64,000 bases of DNA, taken from NCBI GenBank assembly GCA_051313645.2, contig JBNRSN020000025.1, positions 28,334,001 through 28,398,000 on the forward strand. The letters run 5' to 3'. The position numbers were made by a program, and so were the translations under genes. Positions 24,863 through 38,520 of the stretch are shown here, one piece after another (the first letter of the stretch is position 1; each line of letters begins with the position of its first letter). The notes under the pieces were generated by a model. It was not told the DNA's origin, ran no database searches, and was given only the letters and a program-made list of their open reading frames with translations. The stretch is from Centroscyllium fabricii. Lineage: Eukaryota.

Positions 24863-25242
24863 GGCGGCACGGTAGCACTGTTGTCTCACAGCACTGGAGA
24901 CCCGGGTTCAAATCCAGCCTCGGGTACTATCTCTGTGGAGTTTGCACATTCTCCCCGTGTCTGCGTGGGTTTCCTCCGGGTGCTCCGGTTTCCTCCCACA
25001 GTCCAAAGATGTGCGGGTTAGGTTGATCGGCCATGATAAATTGACCCTTAGTGTTAGGGGGATTGAATAGGTGGGGTTACGGGGATAGGGTGGGATATGT
25101 GTCGATGCAGGCTCGATAGGGATGTGGGGACAGGGCAGGGACGGGGTACTGGGTTTGGATGATCAGCCATGATCTCATTGAATGGCGGAGCAGGCTCGAA
25201 GGGCCGAATGGCCTACTCCTGCTCCTAGTTTCTATGTTTCTA
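24863..25242 (+). mobile_element. HE1-like SINE
   Basis: B box GGTTCAAATCC, V-domain, CR1 tail. Confidence 0.9.
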
Positions 25243-25480
25243 AACAACCCAGGGCGACTAACGCTCTCAATTTGTTTCTCATTTTCTCTCCCAGTAAGGA
25301 ACTGCCTGGCCTTTACTCAGAATCTGCCCCAAAGTCACGGTTAAACAAGGTAGTTCAGAGTGTGGGGGATCGTGGAACTAAGTATGCTGAACTAATGCAA
25401 CATTTTTGTGTTGTTTGGATGCTTAAAATGTAACTTATTCCTACATTATAGAATAGCAACAATTAGTAGGTATATAATTC

Positions 25481-26326
25481 CTGGTGCACCAAACTCAAAA
25501 GGTTAATATGCAGGTGCAGCAAGTGATTAAGAAGGCCAATGGAATGTTGGCTTTCATTGCTAGGGGGATAGAATATAAAAATAGGGAGGTATTGCTTCAG
25601 TTGTACAAGGTATTGGTGAGACCACACCTGGAATACTGCGTACAGTTTTGGTGTCCATACTTAAGAAAGGACATACTCACTCTCGAGTCAGTACAAAGAA
25701 GGTTCACTCGGTTAATCCCAGGGATGAGGGGTTGGACATATGAGGAGAGGTTGAGTAGATTGGGACTCTACTCATTGGAGTTCAGAAGAATGAGGGGCGA
25801 TCTTATTGAAACATATAAGATTGTGAAGGGGTTGGATCGGGTGGATGCGGGGCGGATGTTCCCAATGATGGGTGAAACTAGAACTAGGGGGCATAATCTT
25901 AGAATAAGGGGCTGTTCAAAACAGAGTTGAGGAGAAACTACTTCACTCAGAGGGTAGTAGGTCCATGGAACATGCTGCCCAAAAAAGCTGTAGAAGCAAC
26001 ATCATTACATAAATTTAAAACAGAAATAGACAGCTTCCTAGAAGTAAAAGGGATTAAGGGTTACGGGGAGCGGGCAGGAATTTGGACAGGAGTCTAGATT
26101 CAGATCGGTCATGGCCCTGTGGGTAGTGGAGCGGGCCTAGGGACCGTGTAGCCTGATCCTGCTCCTATTTCGTGTGTCTAATTCTGTTAAATTCAGGAGA
26201 TGGTTCTGTGATAGTAGTTTGGTGTTTAGGATCAGATCAGCCATGATCTTGTTGAATGGCGGAGCAGGCTCGAGGGGCCGATTGGCCTACTCCTGCTCCT
26301 ATTTCTTATATTCTTATGTTCTTATG
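25481..26326 (+). mobile_element. CR1 LINE 3' fragment
   Basis: KKANGMLAFI...LYKVLVRPHLEYCVQFW...LYSLEFRRMRGDLIETYKI; (TTCTTATG)n tail. Confidence 0.95.
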
Positions 26327-26347
26327 ACTGAATAAGGTATACCAATA

Positions 26348-26668
26348 CAGGTTGAGCACCGGTAATCCAGCACCCGATGGTCCGGCAACTTCAGTGGTTT
26401 GGCACGAATCGGAACCGGCGGCCTTCAGTTTGCGGAGCAGCCGCTCGGCGGCGCCGCCGTTTCCCTCGGGCGTTTGGGTTGCTGGTTTTTCAGTTCTTTT
26501 AAGTGTTCTATCCCCGGGCTCCCTCCCGGGGAGTGTTCTATCCGTGCGCTCCGGGCCCCGGGGAGTGTTCTACCTGCGCGCTCCCACCAAACCTTCAGTG
26601 GTCCGGAATTTTCAGTGATCCGGCACGGGTCTGGTCCCGTGGGTGCCGGATTAACGGCGCTCAACCTG
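26348..26668. mobile_element. Tc1/mariner (Tigger-like) MITE
   Basis: TIR CAGGTTGAGCACCGGTAATCC / GGATTAACGGCGCTCAACCTG; left TA; related to 17410-18110. Confidence 0.75.
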
Positions 26669-26682
26669 CGTATCATTAAATG

Positions 26683-27121
26683 CAGCGGTCCCCAACCTTT
26701 TTTTGCAGCACGGACCACGGACCAGTTTCATGCAGGACAATTTTTTCACGGACCACGGACCAGTTTCATGCAGGACAATTTTTTCACGGACCACGGACCA
26801 GTTTCACGCAGGACAATTTTCTCACGGACCACGGACCAGTTTCATGCAGGACAATTTTTCCACGGACCGGGGGGGGGGGGAAGAATTAGCTTGTGGGCTT
26901 AATTTATCGGTGCATGGAAAAAAACTGCGACTGAGACAAGTGTGGAAAAGAGGCACAGACGGAAGTGGTCATTTTTCAAAATAGAACACCCTGCAGACTG
27001 CGATAGTCAATAAAATGGAAATAAAATAAAAATTAAAATGTTTTTATTCTTTCTGTGCGGCCCGGTACCAAATGATCCACGGCCCGGTACTGGTCCGCGG
27101 CCCGGTAATTGGGGACCCCTG
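26683..27121 (+). mobile_element. hAT/Charlie-like MITE with internal ~38-bp tandem repeat (4 units)
   Basis: TIR CAGCGGTCCCCAA / TTGGGGACCCCTG; 8-bp TSD ATTAAATG. Confidence 0.92.
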
Positions 27122-28777
27122 ATTAAATGTAATAATTGGAAATAATAATCAGACCTGCTCTGTATTAGTGAGTTTGTTTATGTTTTTTGTATTAGTTGCG
27201 GGGGGAGGGAATAAAGTACTATTCAGGTTCTCATGACCTTTCTTATTAATGGGGATTACATGATGTATGGGATATGGAAGCAAGGGCACAAGTAGGAGGT
27301 CTTTTTAATGTTTGCCTCACTTCAACAAATGAGATTGAATGGAGGAACATTTTGTGAATGGAAAAGGAAAACAAAATACTGTAGTAAAAAAGAAAACAAA
27401 ACTGTTGACGGGTGTAAAAGAAATAAATGCGGCACAGACCTTCAAAGGGGTAGTAGACAGATGGGCGAGGAGCAAGAATGTCAGTTGGGGGAGGTCAGAC
27501 CACGAGCCGTATCCCAGGAACAGAGGCTGAAACGCAGGCGGAAAACAAAAGCTGACAGGCAGCCTTCAAACTCACTCTAACAAGAGTGTATATGCATGGA
27601 AGATCAAGCCTATTCATAGCTCTGAAGGGAAATCTCTGGAGGACCACCTGAAGGATTAGAGAAGAAGTTCTCTGCGCTGGATGTCTTGTAAAGCCAGTTT
27701 AGACACAAATGGCTAAGTTAGGAGTGAGAACAAAAGGACTACAATATACTGATACACATTTACCTTCGGGATTTGTTTACATTTACCAGAAATGGCACTG
27801 CAGAAACAAACTCTTTAGGCTTCTAAAACAACAATAAACCTGTTGTTTTTCTGATTTGCTGTAATGGCTTAGTGATTACTTTGAACAGCAGAATGTTATT
27901 CATTTTTGATTATTATTTATTAAAAAGAGCCACGCAGTCACTTTGCAAAGTAGACCATCGTTGACGACTGATAGCAGGCATAATTGTGCCGTTTCCGAGC
28001 AGAGAAAAGGATGTTGACTTGCTGGAGGAGTGAGGCCAAAATATTTAAGATTGGATAAAAAGTCCAATTTGTACATATTTTTAAAATGTTGAAAATTGTC
28101 AGCATGTCTCTACCAAGATAAGCATTTAGCTTTAAAAAAGCTATTGGTTATGGAAAACTAATTTGGGTTTTAATTTTCCCCCCATATGTCCCCATTTTGC
28201 AGTTATTGAGTATTAAACTGAGGTTATGCCAGTTGCATCAAACTATAATAATGGACTCCTAGGTGAACCTGGTTCTTGGTACGTACAGCATTACTGTCAG
28301 TAGATTGCACAAATTGGCTCAGGAAGTGTCTGTTGATAGTTCCTGTCAATCAATAAAAGTTGGCCTAGGAATGTCCTTTCTAAAGGGAACACTATGCAGA
28401 AAGGGAAGGAGGGTAATTATTGAATAATGTTCTTTTCCAGACTGTATTGTATTTACAAGGCCAGAAAACAAAACAAAAAACACTTTTGGCTCAATTCCAG
28501 ATGGATTAGCTAAAAAGAACATTGTCAGATCAGAACCTCGACTGGTTTATTAAATAGAGGTGAACTTTCAGGCAAACTTTCATGCCTCCAAGAAAACCAG
28601 GGATGGACACAACTTACTGAAAGTGTTACCAAATTATTATTAATCAGTTCATTACTGAGTTACATTTTTCTGATTTCAAAATGCACATTTTGTTTTCTAT
28701 TGTCAATCATACTTCTGAAATGACATTCCAATCATGAATATTCTATAGTAAAATTAAAGAATGGCACAGAACCAGAT

Positions 28778-30798
28778 CATAGAAACATAGAAGATAGGAG
28801 CAGGAGTAGGCCATTCGGCCCCTCAAGCCTGCTCCACCATTCAATGCGAGCATGGCTGATCATCCAAACCCAGTACCCTGTCCCTGCCTTGTCCCCATAT
28901 CCCTTGATTCCTTTAACCGTAAGAAATATATGCAACTCCTTCTGGAATATATTTAATGAACTAGCCTCTACTGCCTTCCCTGGTAGAGAATTCCACAGGT
29001 TCACCACTCTCTGGGTGAAGAAATTCCTCCTCATCTCAGTCCTAAATGGCTTACCCCTTATCCTTAGACTGTGACCCCTGGTTCTGGACTCCCCCACCAT
29101 CGGGAACATCCTTCCTGCATCTAGTCTGCCCAGTCCTGTTAGAATTTTATAAGTTTCAATGAGATCCCCTCTCATTCTTCTAAACTCTAGCGAGTATAAG
29201 CCCAATCGACCCAATCTCTCCTCATGCGTCATTCCTGCCATCCCAGGTATCAGCTTGGTGAATCTTCGCTGCACTCCCTCCATGGCAAGAACATCCTTCC
29301 TTAGATAAGGCGACCAAAACTGCACAAAATATTCAAGATGTGGTCTCACCAAGGCCCTGTACAACTAAGATAAGATTCAATTTATTGTCATTGTAAAGTG
29401 AACACACACAAAACAACGAAATGCAAACATGCAATCTCCCAAGTTATTAAATGTCCTTTAGTCCCAGTCTGTTCCATTCCATCCCACCAGGACCACCCGG
29501 CGCTGCAGCCACGATGCGCCCGGTGCCGGCCACGCAGGCCCTGGCGCTCCAGCCACGACGGCCTCGCAGCTCTCGACGGCCCGCCGAGCCCGACGGCCCC
29601 ACGGCTCTCCGAGCCCGACGGCCCCACGGCTCTCCGAGCCCGTTCTCAGCACCCTGGCGCTCCGACGACCATGACCACGACGGCTTGTTCAGCACCGGTG
29701 CCCCGATTGAGGAGCACCGGTGCTCTACTCCACCGACCCCGCCGTCCTCTCCAGGAACAGTGCGGGAACCAGGGACACTACAAATTCGGGAGACGCAAAG
29801 CCGCTGCGTCTATGCGCGCCGCCATCTTGCCAACTGCAGCAAGACATCCTTGTTCCTGTACTCAAACCCTCTCGCTATGAAGGCCAACATACCATTTGCC
29901 TTCTTAACCGCCTGCTGCACTTGCATGCTTACCTTCAGCAACTGGTGCACAAGGACGCCCAGGTCTCGTTGCACTTCCCCTTCTCCCAATCTATTGCCAT
30001 TCAGATAATAATCTGCCTTCTTGTTTTTGACAACAAAGTGGATAACCTCGCATTTATCCACGTTTCATTGCACCTGCCATGCTTCTGCCCAATCACCCAA
30101 CCTGTCCAAATCATACTGGAGTTTCTCGGCATCCTCCTCACAGCACACACGCCCACCCAGCTTTGTGTCGTCTGCAAACTTGGAGATATTACATCTAGTT
30201 CCCTCGTCCAGATCATTAATATATATTGTGAAAAGCTGGGGTCCAAGGACCGATTCCTGCGGTGCCCCACTAGCCACTGCCTGCCACTTGGAAAAAGAGC
30301 TGTTTATTCCAACTCTTTGCTTTCTGTCTGCCAACCAGTTCTCTATCCAAGTCAATACCTTGCCCCTAATCCAATGTGCCTTAACTTTACATGCTAATCT
30401 CTTATTCGGGACCTTATCAAAAGCCTTTTGAAAGTCCAAGTACACCACATCCACTGGTTCTCCCTTATCTATTTTACCAGTTACATCCTCAAAAAATTCC
30501 TTTTGTAAATCCATGTTGACTTTGTCCGATCCGGTCACTATCTTCCAAGTACTCTGCTATTATATCTTTTATAATTGACTCTAGCATTTTCCCCACTACC
30601 GATGTCAGGCTTACCAGTCTGTAATTCCCCATTTTCTCTCTACCACCTTTTTTGATCAGTGGGGTAACATTAGCTACCCTCCAATCCATTGGTACTGTTC
30701 CAGAGTCTGCTGAATTTTGGAAGATGACCAGCAATGCATCTACTAATTTCTAGGGCCACTTCCTTAAGTACCCTAGGATGTAGATTATCAGGCCCTGG
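28778..30798 (-). mobile_element. CR1/HER1 LINE, 5'-truncated ORF2 (RT) with nested insertion
   Basis: NYRLVSLTS, YLDFQKAFDKV, SVLGPQLF, KFADDTKL, VRPHLEY; tail at 28778. Confidence 0.97.
29367..29830 (-). mobile_element. Short non-coding retroposon with Rex1-like tail and YY1-type 5' end
   Basis: TSD CAACT; 5' end GCAAGATGGCGGCG; 3' end AATGACAATAAATTGAATCTTATCTT resembling the Rex1 tails. Confidence 0.75.
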
Positions 30799-32197
30799 AA
30801 ATATTCTTGAAAAAAATGACAGTCTTAGCAATGTAGGGACATAACTGTCGTCCTCAAAATAGGGGCACATTGCAGGCTGTTGTAGGATTAATGCAGTATA
30901 TTCTTCAGGGTATTGGAACACTATTAGTTAAGTGATTGTGCCCTTCTTAGTTGGCTGCAGGCTGCTGTAATATAAAACTATATGAAAACACCAATGTACA
31001 TTAGACATACTGGCGCTCTTAAAGCTGCTGTGTTTGATAGAAGTAAAGTTTTCCTGTCTGATGATGATAATTTCATACAAAACATCAAGACAAATATCCA
31101 ATAACATTGCATAGAAAACTGAACATGTAGTATTAAAATATCTTTATAAGGCTCTCCTGAAATAATACTTACTGTTTTACTATTCATTCTTTAGTAGGAA
31201 ATATCCAGGGCTTGTAGCAACCTAATTTTGTGAGTAGTTTGCTTTACACCTCGGAAGAATACCAGGGAACAATTTATTATATGACAAATACTGAACTTGT
31301 ATAAATCTGCCACTGGATAGATGGCGATTTTTTTTTTAGCCAGCAATGCTTAAGCTGAATTTTAAATTGCAAAGTAAAAAGCATTTATTTATATGTTGAC
31401 AATTTTTTTGATCCTGATATTAAATGTACTTTGCTGTGAAAAATGTAATAAATACTGAATATTCCTGGACAACCTGTACCATTAAGGTAGCTCATACGCT
31501 TATTCATTTTAAATCTGTAGGGATGTCTTTGAGGCTGATGGAACAAGATATTAACAGAGTTTCCATTGCTGGTGTTCTTAAAAATTAAATCTAGCTTTGT
31601 TATTGAAGCTATTACTGGTTTTCTTCTCTAACTGTAGATTCTAAGAGTTTTGTTACCAGTAGATAGGCTACTGATAAACTGAAAACAATTGCACTGCTTC
31701 TGTCAAACTATAAAGATCGTTTCATCTTGTAGACTTTTATTACAGCTTAAAAAATGCAATAAAAGTAAACAGACAGAGGGATTTAAAAAAAACTTCAAAC
31801 AAATTAAATTTTTTTGCTGCAGTACCCCGCTGAAAACTATCTTCAAATTTAAAGAGGATGATGAAATATGTGTATTTGTTAGCGTTCAGTTTTTAAAAAG
31901 TTTTAAAAATAGAACTCAGTGATCTGGTTGGATAAAGCAGGAGGGAGAGGTTTCAATGTCCTTCCCCTTCAGTGCAAAGGGCATAGTGTCTGTTTGCATT
32001 ATTTATCTCACTGAAATGTACACATCTTTGGCGTCTACTCTTCCGCCCGTCTCCCCAGCCACGCAGTCTGTGCTGTCTGACTTTGGTCTCATCAAACTAT
32101 GGTGATGAGGCTAGACACATGCGATATGATGCTGTAGTTATATTAAGATTTGTTGTCGTAATCTAGTCTCAGTTTATTGAACAAATACAGAGAGTAT

Positions 32198-32911
32198 GGG
32201 GGAAAAATTGGGTTGCGCCCTGTTTGGGGTGCTAACCTCGGCGGAGCGCTACTTTTAGTGCCCAGAAAACGTTAGCGCCGTTCCGCCTGAAATTGAGTTT
32301 TAGCGCCCCAAGTAGGAGGTGGGGCGCTACCGCAAGCGCCCCACCTCGTTCCTTGGGCGCAACAACTCTATTTCGGTCGCTGCGCCACGCTCTGCAGCAC
32401 GCCGTGCTGCGGTACTGCAGGCCTCCCTCCCCTTCTTAAAGGGGAGTGGCCTAGTGCGGCCTGAGGCCCCGCGGGACCGCCGGGGATCGGAGTGCCGGCA
32501 AAGGAGTCCGACACTCGAGGGAAGTGCCGAGCTCACGGAGCACAGCCAGCACTCTGCGGGGGGGGGGGGCAGGGGCTGGCAGGCGGCCAGCAAGAAAAAT
32601 GGCCGCCCGGCACCCCACCCCTTTAAATAGCGCTGGCCCGGCTGCAACTGCGCCCCCTGACCCTGTCGGAGACAGTGTCCGGCGCTAAGTCAGGGGGTGC
32701 GACTGAAGTTTGCGGCCGGGGCACAAGCGGGGTGCTGCGCAAGGCGATGACGTCATCGCCGGCGGCGCTGCGCCATGGGGCGCTAACGGCTGCCGCCAGC
32801 GCCCTGCTGAATATCGCGGGAGGCGCCAGCCCAGGCGCTAGGTGCCTTGCGCCCCATTAGCTGCCCTTTTAGGGCACTAACGGCTGTCGCAAGCCTCCCA
32901 ATCTTTCCCCC
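32198..32911 (+). mobile_element. Harbinger-like MITE, family C
   Basis: GGGGGAAAAATTG / CAATCTTTCCCCC, TSD TAT; homolog at 52705-53430. Confidence 0.85.
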
Positions 32912-32970
32912 TATAAATTTGTTACTTAAAAATAACAGCTTCGCAACGTAGTGTATTAAATAGACACATA

Positions 32971-33123
32971 GGCCTAGAAATTCGGCTCGGGTGGATTGGC
33001 CACCCGTTATATGCAGTACCTAATATTCAGTTCCATTGACTGCAATATCAGGCGATGCGTATAACAGGCGGCTGATCTGATACTGCCTATTTTGCGCTGC
33101 CTCCTGAGATGAATTTCTGGGCC
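32971..33123. mobile_element. Short Harbinger-like MITE
   Basis: TIR GGCCTAGAAATTC / GAATTTCTGGGCC. Confidence 0.6.
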
Positions 33124-33167
33124 AGACACTTGAATAAAAAACGATTGCTTAGTAGTTAAACATGCTG

Positions 33168-33942
33168 GTGGTAATTTTAACTCCCGGACAGGAAAGCGGC
33201 CGAGTGAATGGCCAGCCCATCTAGGCGCGCTAGTGGGAGGCCCAGTTGATTTTAACGGCCAGTTCTCATGAACATGCCACTGACTGAGTAGGCTGGGAAT
33301 TTGGCAGGAATCAGGAGGCCCGGAGGCTGCCAACCAGGCCCGAGGTAAATGGGGATTCAGGGGCGATCAGCTATTCAGTAGGGGTTGGGAGTCTAGGCAG
33401 GGGAGGTCTGTGCTTCCCTTATGGGGCTCGGAGGAGCACGCCTGCTCCTTTTAGCCACACAAGGAAAGTTTTAACTTACCTTAAAGGGCATGTTCAGTAG
33501 TCTGATCAGGTTCCTGCCGTTCGGGCGGCTGTGTGGGCTTCCTGGTTAAGATGATTGCAAGAAGTCACACAACACCAGGTTATAGTCCAACAGTTTTATT
33601 TTAAATCACAAGCTTTCGGAGCTTCTGCCCCTTGGTCTCCGAAGCTCCGAAAGCTTGTGATTTAAAATAAAACTGTTGGACTATAACCTGGTGTTGTGTG
33701 ACTTCTTGCATTTGTCCACCCCAGTCCAACACCGGCACCTCCACATCATGGTTAAGATGATGTAATGGGAACCCAATTTGCATAAATGTATGAGGTTCCT
33801 GACTCAGATGAGCAGCTCATGCCCTGGAAAATCAGGCATTTTAAAACTGCAGTGAATCGGGGATGGAACGGGATAATTCATCCACTCCATTTTAGTTAAC
33901 CCCGCCGGGTTTCTGCTGGGTGGTGGGCGGTTAAAATGCCAC
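33168..33942. mobile_element. Older Harbinger-like MITE hosting a P1 insertion
   Basis: TIR GTGGTAATTTTAAC / GTTAAAATGCCAC. Confidence 0.55.
33556..33748. mobile_element. Penelope-like P1 inverted repeat
   Basis: ~70-bp near-perfect hairpin arms; 13-bp TSD TGGTTAAGATGAT; hammerhead CTGA cores lost. Confidence 0.8.
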
Positions 33943-34240
33943 AGACATTAGCCTTTAGGGTCTAACTTGAAGAATCGTCAGTTGGGTACCTGAGCATTAG
34001 CCACTCAGGGATGGGGTGAGCAGAGAAAAATGGAGGAAGAGAATATTTGGAATGTAAATTTTGTGGATTCTATGTGAAATTGAGATGTTTGTGGCATAAA
34101 TAGGTTCAGGGTTGCAGTGAGCAGGTGATCAGACAGGCAGGGTGGGCAATTCAGCTACCAGTCCATTGCCAGGTTATACTTGCATTTGCTAAAGTTAGTG
34201 TTGACGTGAAACTAGTAATTGTTTTTTGCTCATCTATATT

Positions 34241-35016
34241 GGCCCGGATTTTCCGATGGCCCCCGAGGCCAAACGCGTGAGTACGGAGCGGGTACTCACG
34301 CGTGCGGCCCTCGGAAGTACTGGTTCTGTGCGTGCACCGAGCATGCGCACAGAACCAGTAATTCCGATGCTGGCTCTGGGGAGGTCAAAAGCTGGAACGC
34401 GTTGGCCTGCGCACCAGGAGGTGCGCAGTGCAATTCCGTTTAAAAAAAAAAAAAAATCAATTTTTTTTTATTGGGGTAAGTATCAGAAAAGATACGACTG
34501 AAAATATCAGCAGTAACAACCCATTTTTAGCAGGTAGTCTTTATTTTATTCAATTTATGTATTTCTTTCACAGGTTTTTTATTTTTAAATAATTTAAACA
34601 AAGGTAAGTCGTTTTTTAGACAAGTTAAAAACAAAATATTTTTTCAAATTTTTTTTTTTTAAAAATAGGTAATTTATGTTAGGAATAGTAATGTTAAAAA
34701 TGTGCTTTTAAAAAATTTATTTTATTGTTTAGTCTGTTTTTGGGGCTCTTGTAATTCATAACTTTGACAGGTCTGTCTGCCAAAGTTATGAATAGAGGAT
34801 CCTTGTTAGTGATTGGCTCCCCGCGGACCACGTGATCCCGCGCGGAGCTTCTCCACTAACTACGCCATTGAGTTGCCTCAGCACGGCGCGTGGAGCTTGG
34901 AGCCGGCCAGAGAATCGGGATTTCAAATCTCAGAAGAGAACAACGGCAGGTGCGCTCCGTAAGTGTAGGTTTGACGCTTGCACCCGCGGCAAGGCTCCGA
35001 GGCTAATTTTTGGGCC
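34241..35016 (-). mobile_element. Harbinger-like MITE, family B (inverted relative to 4860-5641)
   Basis: GGCCCGGATTTT / AATTTTTGGGCC; terminal similarity to 4860. Confidence 0.7.
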
Positions 35017-35450
35017 AAATGTATTTCCAGTCACCGTGTAGTCATTTTCTGAGTTGATGCAGCTCATGTAAGTTTCTTGTTCTGTTCACGACCCACCCCA
35101 TACTTTTTGTCACAAAAATAACGACGATTGAGAGGAACTATGATCCATGTGTTTTTGATCAGGTTCATCTTTCAAAAATGTATAAAATTCTGCAGAAAGT
35201 TTTTATTGTTTTAGCAAACAGTTTAATTATAATTGGAATTTTGCATGTTAATTTAACAATTTGTGTCTGTATTGCAATTTTTATTTTCAGCCTTTCTCAC
35301 TGTATAATGTTAAATAGTTAAATAGTTAAATAGTAACAAAATACAGATATTCACCTTTGTCTACTGTTAATAGAATGCATACTGTTAATAGGATGCAGTG
35401 TAATGAAATATGAAATACTGTTTATCTCTGTTTCAGAGTTATTATTATCA

Positions 35451-38400
35451 AAACATAGAAACATAGAAGATAGCGCAGTGGTTAGCACTGCTGCCTCGCA
35501 ATAAGGAGCTCCTGGGTTCGAATCCTGCTTGGCCCGGGACCTCTCTGCGTGGAGTTTGCATGTTCTCCCCGTGTTCATGTCGGTTTCCTCCGGGCACTCC
35601 GGTTTCCTCCCACCACCCAAAGACATGCAGGTTAGATGAATTGGAGATGCTAAAAATTGCCCGTGAGAATGTGTGTGAGATATAGGAGCAGGAGTAGGCC
35701 ATTCAGCCCCTCGAGCCTGCTCCACCATTCAATGAGATCATGGCTGATCATCCAAATTCAGTACCCTGTCCCCGCCTTCTCCCCATATCCCTTAATCCCT
35801 TTAGCCTTAAGGAATATATCCAACTCTTAAAGAACTGGCCTCCACCGTCCTCTGTGGCAGAGAATTACACAGGTTCACCACTCTCTGGGTGAAGAAATTC
35901 CTCCTCATCTCAGTCCTAAATGGCTTACCCCTTATCCTTAGACTATGACCCCTAGTTCTGGACCCCTAGTCGGGAACATCCTTCCTACATCTAGTCTGTC
36001 CAGGCCTGACAGAATTTTATAGGTTTCGATGAGATCCCCTCTCAATCTTCTAAACTCCAGTGAGTATAAGCCCAATCGACACAATCTCACCTCATATGTC
36101 ATTCCTGCCATCCCAGGTATCAACCTGGTGAATCTTCGCTGCACTCCTTCCATGGCAAGAACATCTTTCCTCAGATAAGGCGACCAAAACTGCACACAGT
36201 ACTCGAGGTGTGGTCTCACCAAGGCCCTGTACAGCTGCAGCAAGACATCCTTGTTCCTGTACTCGAACCCTCTTGCTACAAAGGCCAACATACCATTTGC
36301 CTTCTTAACCGCCTGCTGCACCTGCATGCTTACCTTCAGCGACTGGTGCACAAGGCTACCCAGGTCTCGTTGCACTTCCCTTTCTCCCAATCTATTGCCA
36401 TTCAAATAATAATCTGCCTTCCTTTTTTTGCCACCAAAGTGGATAACCTCACATTTATCCACATTATATTGCATTTGCCATGTTTCTGCCCAATCCCCCA
36501 ACCTGTCCAAATCGTACTGGAGTTTCACGATATCCTCCTCACAGCATACCCTCCCACCCAGCTTTGTGTCATCTGCAAATTTGGAGACACGACATCCAAT
36601 TCCCTTGTCCAGATCATTAATATATATTGTGAACAGCTGGGGTCCTAGCACCGATCCTTGCGGTACCCCTCTAGTCACTGCCTGCCACTCGGAAAAAAAA
36701 CCATTTATTCCAACTCTTTGCTTTCTATCTGCCAACCAGTTCTCTATCCAAGTCAATACCTTGCCCCCAATCCCATGTACCTTAATTTTGCATGCTAATC
36801 TCTTAAGCGGGACCTTATCGAAAGCCTTCTGAAAGTCCAAGTACACCACATCCACTGGTTCTCCCTTATCTATTTTACCAGTTACATCCTCCAAAAATTC
36901 CAGTAGATTAGTCAAGCACGATTTACCTTTTGTAAATCCATGTTGACTTTGTCCGATCCGGTCACTGCTTTCTAAGTGCTCTGCTATTACATCTTTTACA
37001 ATGGACTCTAGCATTTTCCCCACTACCGATGTCAGGCTTACCGGTCTATAATTCCCTGCTTTTTCTCTACCACCTCTTTTGTATAGTGGGGTAACATTAG
37101 CTACCCTCCAATCGATGGGTACTGATCCAGAGTCTATCGAGTTCTGGAAGATGACCAGCAATGCATCTACTATCTCCAGGGCCACTTCCTTAAGTACCCT
37201 AGGATGTAGATTATCAGGCCCTGGGGTTTATCGGCATTCAAACCCGTCAACCTCCCCAAAACCATTTCCCTACAAATACTGATTTCTTTCAGTTCCTCCC
37301 TCTGATTAGTCCCTATGTTCCCCGACATCTCCGGGAGGTTGTTTGTGTTCTCCTTTGTGAAGACAGAACCAAAATATGTATTTGATTGGTCTGCCATTTC
37401 TTTGTTCCCCATTATAAATTCCCCTGATTCTGACTGTAAGGGACCTACGCTTGACTTCACTAATCTTTTTCTCTTCACATATCTATAAAAGCTTTTACAG
37501 TCAGTTTTTATGTTCCCTGCAAACTCACTTTCATAATCTATTTCCCGCCTCTTAATTAATCCCTTTGTCCTGTTTCGCTGAATCCTAAACTGCTCCCAAT
37601 CCTCAGGTTTGCTGCTCTTTTTGGCCAATATATATGTCCTCTCTTTCGATCTTATGTTATCCTTAATTTCCCTTATTAGCCAGGGTTGAGTCACCTTTTT
37701 TGATTTATTTTTATGCCAAATTGGGATAAACAAATTCTGTAGTTCATCCATGCGATCTTTGAATGTTTGCCATTGCCTATCCACCCTCAACCCTTTGAGT
37801 GACATTACCCGGTCAATCCTACCCAACTCGCGTCTCATACCTTCATAGTTCCCTTTGTTTAAATTCAGGACTTTAGTCTCTGAGTCAACTACTTCACTCT
37901 CCATCTTAATGAAGAATTCTCTCTCCATCTTAATGAAGAATTCTATCATATTATCATTGCTCCGACCCAAGGGACCTCGCACAACAAGATTGCTAATTAA
38001 TCCTTTCTCATTGCATAATACCCAGTCTAAGATGGCCTGATCCCTAGTTGGTTCCTCGACATATTGGTCCAGGAAACCATCGCGTATACACTCCAGGAAT
38101 TCCTTCTCCACAGTATTGTTACTAATTTTGGTTAGCCCAATCAATATGTAGATTAAAGTCACCCATGATGACTGCTGTGCCCTTATTGCACGCTTCTCTA
38201 ATTTCCCTTTTAATGCCATCCCCAACCTCTGCATTACTGTTTGGGGGGTCTATACACCACTCCCAGCAACGTTTTCTGCCCTTTGCTATTTCTCAGTTCC
38301 ACCCATACAGATTCCACATCATCAGAGCTAATATCTTTCCTTACAATTGTGTTAATCCCCTCTTTAACCAGCAATGCTACCCCACCTCCTTTTCCTTTTT

Positions 38401-38520
38401 TCCTATCTTTCCTGAATATTGAATACCCCTGGATGTTGAATTCCCAGCCTTGGTCCCCCTGGAGCCATGTTTCCGTAATTCCAATCATATCATATTCATT
38501 TACCTCTATTTGCGCTGTTA
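35451..38520 (-). mobile_element. CR1/HER1 LINE with nearly complete but frameshifted ORF2 (APE endonuclease + RT)
   Basis: IGITETWL, GGGVALLV, GVVYRPP, EPTRDQAILDWV, NYRPVSLTS, GVPQGSVLGP, FADDTKL; split into 3 ORFs. Confidence 0.97.
35474..35682 (+). mobile_element. Tail-less SINE head inverted within the LINE tail
   Basis: GCAGTGGTTAGCACTGCTGCCTCGC...GGTTCGAATCC; same subfamily as 1760-1975. Confidence 0.8.
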
